Of a stretch of DNA of 64,000 bases, positions 46,212-55,054 are shown piece by piece. The stretch is from an uncultured Bacteriovoracaceae bacterium. Its GTDB lineage: Bacteria; Bdellovibrionota; Bacteriovoracia; Bacteriovoracales; Bacteriovoracaceae. The notes beneath the pieces were generated by a model. The model was not told the DNA's origin. It did no database searches and worked only from the letters and a program-made list of their open reading frames with translations. Positions within the stretch are counted from its first letter, which is position 1. Each line of letters begins with the position of its first letter. The stretch covers positions 97,408 to 161,407 of the forward strand of contig CALFYV010000090.1 of NCBI GenBank assembly GCA_937952395.1. Reading direction: 5' to 3'. A program made the translations under genes and the position numbers.

Positions 46212-46490
46212 ATGTATCCAAAAATTGTAACAAGAGAAGAATTTAATGAGGCTGTCGAAGCACTGTGGACAGAAATTGAATATCAAAATAATTTAGCTCG
46301 TCGTACATCTGATGAAGCCAAGGACGTTCCCGGTTTTGTGGTTTTAGGAAACCGCTATATTAGAAAAATAGAAGATGACTGGGCTGATCAACCGGGTCCA
46401 GTAGTGGAAGATGCCTTGCATGGATTGCGAAAAGTGGCTACCATATTTCTTCGTGGAATGGTTTATTGCGGCGTGAGACCTAGACAGTAA
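46212..46490 (+). CDS. Hypothetical protein
   Basis: AAGGAG lies upstream of the ATG at 46212. 92 aa. Confidence 0.55.
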   Translation: MYPKIVTREEFNEAVEALWTEIEYQNNLARRTSDEAKDVPGFVVLGNRYIRKIEDDWADQPGPVVEDALHGLRKVATIFLRGMVYCGVRPRQ

Positions 46491-46514
46491 ACTCACCCTT
46501 AAAAAGAGAAAAAA

Positions 46515-47783
46515 ATGCCCCGCAGAATTGAAGAAGATCGTCGTGATTTCCGTGACAGGTATTCAGGACGAATTCGTAGTTCGCTTAAAAAATTCATCAA
46601 CAATGGGCGTATTTTTAGAACACGCCCAAATGGCGGTCATGTTCCTATTACAATTCCTAGGATGGATATTCCTCATATTGTTCATGGCAACAATAAAGAT
46701 GGAGTGGGCCGTGGTGGCGGGGAAGATGGAGATATAATCCAAAAAGGCCCTGAGAAAGGCAAAGGTAAAGGCAATAAAGGTGGCGATGGCACTCAAGAGG
46801 GAGTTGAAATCGCTTTGAATTTGGAAGATGTTTTGCAATTTCTACAACAAGAATTGCAACTTCCAAATCTAAAACCCAAACCAAATGAAGTGCTTGAAGA
46901 AGAAGAAATTAAATATACAAGCATTTCTTTGACAGGCCCTGAATCGTTACGTCATAATCGCCGCACCATGTTGCAAGCGTTAAAACGACAAGCGGCTGCC
47001 GGAAATCTTGATAAATTACATTGGATTCCCGGTTTTTCTCAGCCTGTGAAAATGATAACGCCAATCAACACAGATCGTCGTTATCGCCAATATCGTGTTA
47101 TTCAAAAACCTTCTAGTAATGCAGTAATATTCTTTGCTAGAGATGGTTCTGCTTCGATGGATGAATATAAATGCGATATTGTATCTGATATGTCGTGGTG
47201 GATTGACATTTGGATTAGACGGTTCTATGAGCGAGTTGAACGTTGTTATATTTGGCATGATACTTATGCTCAAGAATGTGATGAAAACAAATTTTATACA
47301 TACCGCTATGGTGGTGGTACTAAATGTTCATCAGCATTCAAATTAATTGCCAAACAGTTTGAAAACAGATTTCCGCCCAACAAATGGAATATTTATGTTT
47401 TCTATTTTACTGATGGTGAAAACTGGAATGAAGATAACAACCAATTAATTAAAACTTTACACGAGAAATTCCCTCCAGAGGTTGTTAATTTAGTTGGAAT
47501 TACCCAGGTAATGGCATATGGCTATGAAAACAGTCTTCGTCAACTTGTAATAAACGAGATGGCGGAAGGATCGTTAAAAGGGGCTAACAATATAAAAACT
47601 ACGGCGGTTGGCCCTGAAATGGCTGGTCCTTCTAATAATCAAAGTGTGACTAATTACAATCCTTGGGGCTGGGGACCAGGCCAATTGACCTCAGATGAGC
47701 GAGATGCTCAAATTAAAAGAGCAATTACTGATATTTTAGGAACTAATCAGTCTAAAAAAGCACGAGCACCAGAAGGTATTTAA
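46515..47783 (+). CDS. yeaH: YeaH/YhbH (DUF444) vWA-like protein
   Basis: N-terminal RRIEEDRRDFRD...KF, and a MIDAS-like ARDGSASMD. Typical partner of PrkA. Confidence 0.82.
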   Translation: MPRRIEEDRRDFRDRYSGRIRSSLKKFINNGRIFRTRPNGGHVPITIPRMDIPHIVHGNNKDGVGRGGGEDGDIIQKGPEKGKGKGNKGGDGTQEGVEIALNLEDVLQFLQQELQLPNLKPKPNEVLEEEEIKYTSISLTGPESLRHNRRTMLQALKRQAAAGNLDKLHWIPGFSQPVKMITPINTDRRYRQYRVIQKPSSNAVIFFARDGSASMDEYKCDIVSDMSWWIDIWIRRFYERVERCYIWHDTYAQECDENKFYTYRYGGGTKCSSAFKLIAKQFENRFPPNKWNIYVFYFTDGENWNEDNNQLIKTLHEKFPPEVVNLVGITQVMAYGYENSLRQLVINEMAEGSLKGANNIKTTAVGPEMAGPSNNQSVTNYNPWGWGPGQLTSDERDAQIKRAITDILGTNQSKKARAPEGI

Positions 47784-49382
47784 ATGTCAAATGATTTTCT
47801 GCATGGCAGTTCTTTGTTGCTAGGCGACAATACCGTTCCCGGCGTGCAAATTCCGGAAGAACTTAAGAAGTTAATTCCTGATATTTTCAAAGCCTGTAAG
47901 GATTTCGGTTTGGATTTTTATCCGACTGTTGTTCAAATGTTGGCTTATGATGAAATTAGTGAAATTGCTTCTTATGGTGGTTTTCCGGTTCGTTATCCCC
48001 ATTGGAAATGGGGTATGGAATATGAGGAATTGCAGAAGGGTTATATGTACGGAATGCACCGTATATATGAATTAGTTATCAATACTAATCCATGCTACAT
48101 TTATTGTTTAGATTCCAATGCTCTTGTAGATAATGTTACTGTTATTGCTCATGCTTTAGGACACAATGATTTCTTTAAGAATAATATTTTCTTCTCCCCT
48201 ACCAGTCAAAATATGATGAACCAATTGGCCAATCACGGCACAAGGGTTCGTAAATACATGGCTCGCTGGGGAAGGAGTAGAGTTACAGATTTCATTGATC
48301 ACTGTTTAAGAATTGAAACCCTTATTGATTTCAGCACAGCATGGGAAAAGAGAAAGGTAAAGCAAGTCACGATCAAAGATAGTAGAAAATATCGTCATCC
48401 AAGACGGTTGGAAACAGATCGTGATTACATGGAACCTTACATCAACACTGAAGAGTGGAAAAACAAACAAAAACAAAAAATTGAAAGAAAAGATGCTTTT
48501 GATGAATTAGAGATTTTCAATAATCCCACCAAGAATATTATGGGATTTTTGCGTGATCATGCTCCGCTCAAAGCGTGGCAGTCAGATGTTTTGTCTATGT
48601 TATATCAAGAGGCTTTGTATTTTGCACCTCAAAGATTGACAAAAATGGCCAATGAAGGCTGGGCCAGTTTTGTTGATTACAACATTATGTGCAAATATGC
48701 TCTGTGCGGATTAGGTCAAAAAACTCCTGATTCTGGAATTATTCAATATTCCAAACACAAGATGGGTGTTTTAGGCGGCAAACATTCGACTAATCCATAT
48801 AAATTAGGTTTTTGTTTATTCCAAGATATTGAAGAGCGTTGGAATAAGGGCCGTTTTGGTACAGAATATGAAGAGTGTGATGATTTAGAGAAGAAGAGAA
48901 AATGGGATACAAATGTTGGGTTGGGACAAGAAAAGGTTTTTGAAGTTCGCAAGCATTATAATGATTTAACGATGCTGGCTGAATTCTTTACTCCTGAATT
49001 TTGCAATAAATATGAGTTTTTTAACTGGAAACGCCATCCAAATGGTGATATCATGTTAGAGAATCGCAATTTCAGGGAAATTAAAACTAAATTACTCCGC
49101 AAATATGCGAATGGCGGCCTGCCAGAGATTTTCTTAGTTGATCCAAATCATCGTGGTAAAAGATATATGCTTCTCCAACATCGTTGGGAGGGTCAAACAT
49201 TACTTCCAAAATATGTAGAAGCTGTAATGCAATCATTGTATTTCTTCTGGAACAATGATGTGTATCTTGCCACTAAAGACAAGGATGGAAATGAGATTGT
49301 TTGGGCTGCCTATGGTGTCGAAGATGGGCTTGTAGAATGCATGACACGGGAAAAATACGAAGAGTCAATGAAACGAAAATGA
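47784..49382 (+). CDS. spoVR: SpoVR/YcgB-family protein
   Basis: IAHALGHNDFFKNN and the length (532 aa) fit SpoVR. The start directly abuts the yeaH stop. Confidence 0.88.
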   Translation: MSNDFLHGSSLLLGDNTVPGVQIPEELKKLIPDIFKACKDFGLDFYPTVVQMLAYDEISEIASYGGFPVRYPHWKWGMEYEELQKGYMYGMHRIYELVINTNPCYIYCLDSNALVDNVTVIAHALGHNDFFKNNIFFSPTSQNMMNQLANHGTRVRKYMARWGRSRVTDFIDHCLRIETLIDFSTAWEKRKVKQVTIKDSRKYRHPRRLETDRDYMEPYINTEEWKNKQKQKIERKDAFDELEIFNNPTKNIMGFLRDHAPLKAWQSDVLSMLYQEALYFAPQRLTKMANEGWASFVDYNIMCKYALCGLGQKTPDSGIIQYSKHKMGVLGGKHSTNPYKLGFCLFQDIEERWNKGRFGTEYEECDDLEKKRKWDTNVGLGQEKVFEVRKHYNDLTMLAEFFTPEFCNKYEFFNWKRHPNGDIMLENRNFREIKTKLLRKYANGGLPEIFLVDPNHRGKRYMLLQHRWEGQTLLPKYVEAVMQSLYFFWNNDVYLATKDKDGNEIVWAAYGVEDGLVECMTREKYEESMKRK

Positions 49383-49702
49383 GTCGCATTTCCGACCACC
49401 TTTTAAATATTACCTTAGATGGCCAATCAGTCCCAGTTTTGGAGTTTTTCAAACTGGACAATGATGGGTATGTTGAGGTTGTTGCGCCCAAGGAGGATGA
49501 AATACCAAGAATAGATATTTATTTATTGGTAAAAGAGTCCCGTATCTATGTCTGGGCTCAAAATGATGAGCAATTAGAAAAAATTAAAGATAGAATTTAT
49601 AGTAAATTTAGCCCGTACACTAATAAGGAGTTTCATTTAATAGAAACTCAAACTACAAAATATGGCAAAATAAGGGAATTTACCTGTAGAATATTAAATT
49701 AA
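49379..49702 (+). CDS. Hypothetical protein
   Basis: ATGA-coupled to spoVR (MSRISDHLL). Confidence 0.5.
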   Translation: MSRISDHLLNITLDGQSVPVLEFFKLDNDGYVEVVAPKEDEIPRIDIYLLVKESRIYVWAQNDEQLEKIKDRIYSKFSPYTNKEFHLIETQTTKYGKIREFTCRILN

Positions 49703-49812
49703 GATTAAATATTTGAAATATAAGAATTTACGTCTTTTTTTAATTGGTATTTAGATTTATAATATCTTCCTAAGTTCTACTATAGTTTGGTAGAATTTTT
49801 AGGGAGATATAA

Positions 49813-50505
49813 ATGCCCACAAAGAAAAAGACGGAGTTAGATCAATTAATAAATGATATTCATTGTCACCATATAAATTATCACACCCGAGATATTTATC
49901 TTCATAGTTCTGGCTATGAGGATGGAGATTCTGAGAGGGGTGTGGAATTTAAAATGGCGACAACTTTTGTAAAGAATTTACATATTTTATTAAACCAAAA
50001 TGCAACTCTGCCCATTCTGGTGCATATGCATAGCATTGGTGGTGTTTGGAATGATGGAATGGCGATGTTCAATGCTATTCGATATTCTACGGCACCAATA
50101 ACTATTTTAGCTTATGCACAAGCCAGTTCTATGACAGGCATTTTGCTGCAAGCCGCCGACAGGCGAATTGTTACTCCTGACTGTGAATTTATGTTACATC
50201 ACGGTTCAGTGTCATTGGAGGACAATTCAATAGCTGTTAGATCGGCAGTGGAAACTAATGAAAGATATTGCCGTCGAATGTTAGAAATATTTGCAAGACG
50301 AGCAAAAAATGCTCAATTCTTTAAGGAAAGAAAATATAGTGAAAGTAAAATTAAAAGCTATATCGACCGAAAAATTAAAGACAAAAGTGACTGGTATTTA
50401 GATGCTGAGGAGGCATTGTACTATGGTTTTGTTGATGAAATACTTGACAAACAAATAGATTTCGATCAGTTGCGAACTGTAACTAAATATAAAGGTAAAA
50501 TATGA
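49813..50505 (+). CDS. ClpP-family serine protease
   Basis: AQASSMTG (Ser) and MLHHGS (His) align with ClpP QAASMG / MIHQP. Confidence 0.72.
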   Translation: MPTKKKTELDQLINDIHCHHINYHTRDIYLHSSGYEDGDSERGVEFKMATTFVKNLHILLNQNATLPILVHMHSIGGVWNDGMAMFNAIRYSTAPITILAYAQASSMTGILLQAADRRIVTPDCEFMLHHGSVSLEDNSIAVRSAVETNERYCRRMLEIFARRAKNAQFFKERKYSESKIKSYIDRKIKDKSDWYLDAEEALYYGFVDEILDKQIDFDQLRTVTKYKGKI

Positions 50506-51197
50506 CAATTGATAATCTACACCATGAACATTTTCATAAACGACTGAATACTTCTGATAATTATACAAATGCTTTAATGCAACTTTTAAAAAAGAAAAAA
50601 CATTTTAAAAGTTTCAGAAAAGCCACTAGAGAAGAAGACTTAGCAGGGATTGATTGGTGGGTTGTTTTTCCTGATGAAGATGAGGAATCTCCTATTCAAT
50701 TTAAACTAAGAGATAAAATGAAAGATATGCCATTAGTTAGATATCAGCCGTTTAGAGGAACCGATGATGAAACTACGGTGGAAGGTCGAGATTGGCGTGG
50801 ATTACATGACAATGCTTCTAAATACTATTATGTGGCCATTAGAAATGGCACTGGATTTTGTCAAGCATATCGAATTACATCTAAGAAATTAAAAAAAATA
50901 GCTCGGAAGCTTGATAAAGAATGGAGTCAATCTGAAAAAGCTTTTGAAACCTTTCCGGTAGGATTTTTTGATTCAAAGCGAGTTCAAATGTGGTTGAAGA
51001 AAGGCATTTGGAACAAGTGTGTTTTCCGCACAGATGATGGAGAAATTTGGTGGAAGAAAAATAGAAATGAAGGGTTTCCCAAGTTTAACATGTATATTCC
51101 CTATGACTACAAAGAATGGGAATGTAATTTTGATAGTAAAGATAGTGAATTTATAAAAAACAAAGTAAGCGAGGCTGATGCCTTAAGGAGTTCGTAA
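50502..51197 (+). CDS. Hypothetical protein
   Basis: 231-aa coupled ORF. Confidence 0.55.
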   Translation: MTIDNLHHEHFHKRLNTSDNYTNALMQLLKKKKHFKSFRKATREEDLAGIDWWVVFPDEDEESPIQFKLRDKMKDMPLVRYQPFRGTDDETTVEGRDWRGLHDNASKYYYVAIRNGTGFCQAYRITSKKLKKIARKLDKEWSQSEKAFETFPVGFFDSKRVQMWLKKGIWNKCVFRTDDGEIWWKKNRNEGFPKFNMYIPYDYKEWECNFDSKDSEFIKNKVSEADALRSS

Positions 51198-51415
51198 TGT
51201 CCGATGTAGAGTTATTTTTGACAGATGAGTTTGTTTCTTTTGCAAAAAAAATTTCTGAAGTTTTAGATAAAAAGAAAGCTAAAGAAGCTGAGATGAAGCA
51301 GCTTTATAGTCAATTTAAAGATGATCTAAAAGAATTAGAAGCCGAGGCTGCCGTACTTTATCAGGAATGGGAAAATTTTAAAGCTGGCAGATCGTCTGGT
51401 GAAGTTTCAGAATAG
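51197..51415 (+). CDS. Hypothetical coiled-coil protein
   Basis: 72-aa ORF. Confidence 0.5.
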   Translation: MSDVELFLTDEFVSFAKKISEVLDKKKAKEAEMKQLYSQFKDDLKELEAEAAVLYQEWENFKAGRSSGEVSE

Positions 51416-51419
51416 TCTA

Positions 51420-51448
51420 TTGACATTTATTAGCAGTTAAGTTAAATA
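51420..51448 (+). promoter_or_regulatory. Sigma70-like promoter candidate
   Basis: TTGACA, 17-nt spacer, TAAATA. Preceded by AGTCTAT as at 18357. The ATG at 51455 sits about 7 nt after the -10, which would make the transcript leaderless. Confidence 0.45.
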
Positions 51449-51454
51449 TAATTC

Positions 51455-52885
51455 ATGGTTGACATTATTTCAAAAAATGGAGGTAAAAAGGTGGAGATTG
51501 TCGGTTTCGAACATCTCCACCTTTAGCTACACACAGATTTTAGTTTACTAGATGGCTATGCCATGGTGGAGGAACATGCTAAAAGAGCAACTGAAATTAA
51601 TCAAAGATTTCTGTGTGTAACTGATCATGGTGCTATGGGCGCCATACCTCGTCAAATTCGTGCTTGTGAAGAAAATAAAATAAGCCCTATTTTCGGCTGC
51701 GAGCTATACATAAATCCCATACAACCCGAATTCAACACTGAAACCGAGCGACTTCAATTCATTAAAAATATCGATCCTGATATTAAAGCTCAGTTTCGTA
51801 AATCATATCATCTTTTAGCTATAGCTTATAATAATACTGGCTATAGCAATCTTGTTAAGCTTTCTTCATGGGGTTGGACCAAGGGCTTTTATTATCGTCC
51901 TCGGGTTAATCATGAGCAGTTGATGAAATATAAAGAAGGAATTGTTTTTTCATCATGTTGTTATAACGGAGAAATTGGACAAGCTTTTGATAAAGGTGGC
52001 GAAGAAGCTGGCGAGGCGATGTTGGTGAAATATATGAAAATGTTTCACCCACATTTTTATCTTGAGTTTATATTGTTGGATTTTGATAAACAAAAGCCTT
52101 ATAACGCATTTATCATGAAAATGCATGATAAATATGGAATCCCTCTCATCATTAGTCAGGACTGCCATTATACTTATAAAGATGATAGTCACATGCAGAG
52201 TTTGATGTTAATGGTTCAAACTGGCAAGACCATCCAAGATATTCAAAAAGCAAAAGAAGCAGATGAAACCGCCGACTTTTTTGAATTACAGGATAAAAAT
52301 CTTTGGATGAAGTCTGAAGAAGAAATAGATGAAAAGTGGGAATCTGATTATCAACATATTGTTGATTATGAGTTGTTAAAAGAAGCTAAAAGAAATACTG
52401 TTAGAATTTGTGAGTTAGCTCAAGGTGTTGAATTAGACAGATCAATGAAATTGCCTCGTTTTGACGATGCCAACGATAAATTAAAAGAATATACTATGCA
52501 AGGCTTCGCTCAGCGTGGATTGCCAAAAAATAAAGAGTATCATAATCGGATTTTGGAAGAATTATCACTGATTATTCAAAAAGACTTCTCGTCTTATTTC
52601 CTCATACAGAAAATGATGACAGATGAGGCTAGACGAAAGTGTCCAGAATTGTTAGGATGGGGGGACGGGTCTGAAGCTTGCGGTCCAGGTCGAGGTAGTG
52701 TTGGCGGAAGTTTGGTTGCTTATTGTTTAGGCATTACTGATGTTGATCCTATAAAACACGATTTGTTGTTTTCTAGATTTTTAAGTCCAGCCCGTGGCGG
52801 TAAATCAGTTAAGTTAAAGTTTGCCTCTGACCCTATTTCTCAAATAGAACAAGTTGTAAACGCAACAGAGGAATGTCCTTTTTAA
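51455..52885 (+). CDS. dnaE: DnaE (Pol III alpha) N-terminal piece: PHP domain and pre-catalytic palm, with an in-frame TAG at 51524-51526
   Basis: The track ORF starts at 51563, but the same frame upstream reads MVDIISKNGGKKVEIVGFEHLHL-TAG-LHTDFSLLDGYA, which is the first PHP motif. Downstream come GPGRGSVGGSLVAYCLGITDVDP and LLFSRFLSPARGG. The ORF ends about 30 aa later, before the PDxDxDF catalytic motif. Confidence 0.7.
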
Positions 52886-53391
52886 TGATAAAGAAGATTA
52901 AAGTTACGTCTAAATCGCAGGCTAAGGCATTTATTTCTGATGTTCCTTGGGCTGCGATTAGTATTACCACATATAAGGATGACTGGCCGAAATTAAATGG
53001 AACCAAACGGTTAGGTTTATTACAGCTTTGGTTTGCAGATGTGGAATTGGAATACTATTCACTGGCAGATGAAATTTTGTTTAAGCCTGAGCATGCTAAA
53101 CAAATTTATGATTTTGTGAAATCTATGCATGAAAAAAATGATGTTGAATTACTTTTGGTGCATTGTGAGGCTGGTTATTCAAGATCACCTGCTATTGCCT
53201 GTGTATTAGAACAGGCTTTTCTTGGTTTGGAGTCTAAGCTATTTCCGGCAAAATATTTTAATTCTTTTGAAGGCGGTTATTTGAAATATGAACCAAATAA
53301 ACTGGTTCATAAAATAATGATCCAAGAAGGTATACGTTTGGGTCATTTGAAATATTCAGATGAGTTTCAACCATTTGTGACTCCAGAATGA
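52873..53391 (+). CDS. Cys-based (PTP/dual-specificity-type) phosphatase
   Basis: HCEAGYSRS matches the HCx5R(S/T) signature. Confidence 0.7.
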   Translation: MSFLMIKKIKVTSKSQAKAFISDVPWAAISITTYKDDWPKLNGTKRLGLLQLWFADVELEYYSLADEILFKPEHAKQIYDFVKSMHEKNDVELLLVHCEAGYSRSPAIACVLEQAFLGLESKLFPAKYFNSFEGGYLKYEPNKLVHKIMIQEGIRLGHLKYSDEFQPFVTPE

Positions 53392-53558
53392 AATGGCGAA
53401 AAAGATATGCTTGGGCTCTTAGATTGCAACTAGCATTTGTTTTGTTGCCATTAATATTTGCTTTTACTTATCCTCAACTGCTGTTTGCTTGTTGGGCAGC
53501 AGCATTAGTGTTTGTATTATGCGGTGTGTTTTTTCATTTCTTCTCAATATATGCCTAA
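53388..53558 (+). CDS. 56-aa two-TM membrane peptide (below the ORF-track cutoff)
   Basis: ATGA-coupled. Sequence is MKWRKRYAWALRLQLAFVLLPLIFAFTYPQLLFACWAAALVFVLCGVFFHFFSIYA. Confidence 0.4.
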   Translation: MKWRKRYAWALRLQLAFVLLPLIFAFTYPQLLFACWAAALVFVLCGVFFHFFSIYA

Positions 53559-54578
53559 TTAATTCAAGCCCATTTTAGACATAGAGTTCATTAAATTGCT
53601 AGGCTTTCTAGTTGGTTTGGCGAATTTAGATGGTGGACCCATTTCCATATCAGAATCTTCGTCTTCTATTTCATCACCCATCTCATCATCCATGTCGCCA
53701 CTTAGGTCGTCATCGCCTTCATCGTCGAAGTCCATGTCATCATCATCCATGTCATCGCCTTCGTCATTAAATTCTTCATCGCCCATCTCATCATCCATGT
53801 CCATTTCTTCATCTCCCATTTCGCCATCCATGTCCTCTGGAGATTCTTCGTCTTCCTCAGGTTCCATTTTTAATCCCATTGGAGGACCAACAGCTTCTTT
53901 TAGGGCACGAGCAAATCTGCGAGATCGTCTTTCACCATCTTCATTTTCTTCTTCGAATAAATTGGTGAGTTCACTATAAGCTTCTGGATATTCTAAAGCA
54001 GCTTTGAATACTTCGCCTAGAATATTTGCTCTTTTTAATTCGTGCATGAGTTGTTCAACAACTTTTGGACTTTTCTTGCTTAACGCAGCAACGTATCTAA
54101 TTGCTTCTGAAGGATGTGGATGAAACGCTCCTGGCTTAGTTGCGTTAACCATCGGCAAATCTTCTGTTAATTCGATTGTGCCACATTCTTTAACCATGAA
54201 TTCAGCGAATTCTTTGGTAGACATGTTTTTTGTTTTATTAAAGAACTGCTCAGTTTTTGGCAATCCTTTTGGCCATTCATCTTTAATTTCAGTGCCGAGC
54301 GATGTTAATTTAGAATTGCCGCCTTTTGTGTCAGGCGTATACTCTAAATTCTTATCTCCCATATCTGCAAAACCACCAGTTTCAGCTTTTTTTGCGGAAG
54401 CATTTTTATTTGCAGCTTTGTAGGGATTTAAATCGCCTTGGCCTTCGCCTTTTGTTGGTTTTTTAGGGTCTGGACCTTCATAATCGGCAACCAATTTAAC
54501 TTTTGGGTTTCCAGCAAGACCAGTGGCGTTTACGCCGTCTTTTCTTTCTTCGACGTAATTTGTGAATTTTTTAAACAT
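53559..54578 (-). CDS. Protein with FTNYVE leader and an extremely acidic C-terminal region
   Basis: N-terminus is MFKKFTNYVEER. The C-terminal ~100 aa are dominated by D/E/M/G (EEMDMDDEMGDEEFNDEGDDMDDDDMDFDDEGDDD). Confidence 0.65.
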   Translation of the reverse strand: MFKKFTNYVEERKDGVNATGLAGNPKVKLVADYEGPDPKKPTKGEGQGDLNPYKAANKNASAKKAETGGFADMGDKNLEYTPDTKGGNSKLTSLGTEIKDEWPKGLPKTEQFFNKTKNMSTKEFAEFMVKECGTIELTEDLPMVNATKPGAFHPHPSEAIRYVAALSKKSPKVVEQLMHELKRANILGEVFKAALEYPEAYSELTNLFEEENEDGERRSRRFARALKEAVGPPMGLKMEPEEDEESPEDMDGEMGDEEMDMDDEMGDEEFNDEGDDMDDDDMDFDDEGDDDLSGDMDDEMGDEIEDEDSDMEMGPPSKFAKPTRKPSNLMNSMSKMGLN

Positions 54579-54590
54579 GTTTCTCCAAAA

Positions 54591-54761
54591 TTATTTCATA
54601 AGTAGAGCTAGCACAATATAAACTACTAAGCCTGGAACAAAGCCAGTACTTAATGTGACTATGGCATATAACACTCGTATTAAAAGCGAATCAACTCCTA
54701 GTGTGTCAGCGATTCCCGAACATACACCAAGAAGCACTTTATCTTCTGTATTTTTCTTCAT
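54591..54761 (-). CDS. PspC-domain membrane protein
   Basis: Internal start MKKNTEDKVLLGVCSGIADTLGVDSLLIRVLYAIV matches the PspC domain. AAGGA upstream. Confidence 0.6.
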   Translation of the reverse strand: MKKNTEDKVLLGVCSGIADTLGVDSLLIRVLYAIVTLSTGFVPGLVVYIVLALLMK

Positions 54762-54873
54762 TGTAAATCCTTTTGTTATGGCATTTCGCCACAAATTTTG
54801 AAGGCTAGTATATTTAGGGGTAAGCCTCCAAAATTTATTGAGTAGGATTCTACATAATTTTGGCGAATGCGAC

Positions 54874-54901
54874 TTTACAAATCGCCTTTTGTGTGTATAA
54901 T
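54874..54901 (+). promoter_or_regulatory. Sigma70-like promoter upstream of the tmRNA
   Basis: TTTACA, 16-nt spacer, TATAAT. Lies about 150 nt upstream of the mature tmRNA 5' end. Confidence 0.5.
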
Positions 54902-55054
54902 GAAAGAGCACGACGGGGCTATTATCCTGCCCCAGAGCGCCCTATTCTTTTTAAGAAGGTGTCGCCTGGATTGTCGGGATTATTTGGGCTGCCATCGTGT
55001 CTCTCGGTATGGTTTAGACTGATGGACCCAGCCGAGTTGAAAAATCAGTCTCAC

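Noticed and set aside
46528-47346. Several short ORFs on both strands inside yeaH (46528-46737, 46563-46838, 46657-46884, 47016-47273, 47134-47346).
   Set aside because: All are nested in, or antisense to, the DUF444/YeaH reading frame, which has family-typical motifs.
53596-53979. A 127-aa poly-Ser + strand ORF.
   Set aside because: It is an antisense shadow of the polyacidic tail of 53559-54578, where GAN/GAA codons read as NTC/TTC on the other strand.
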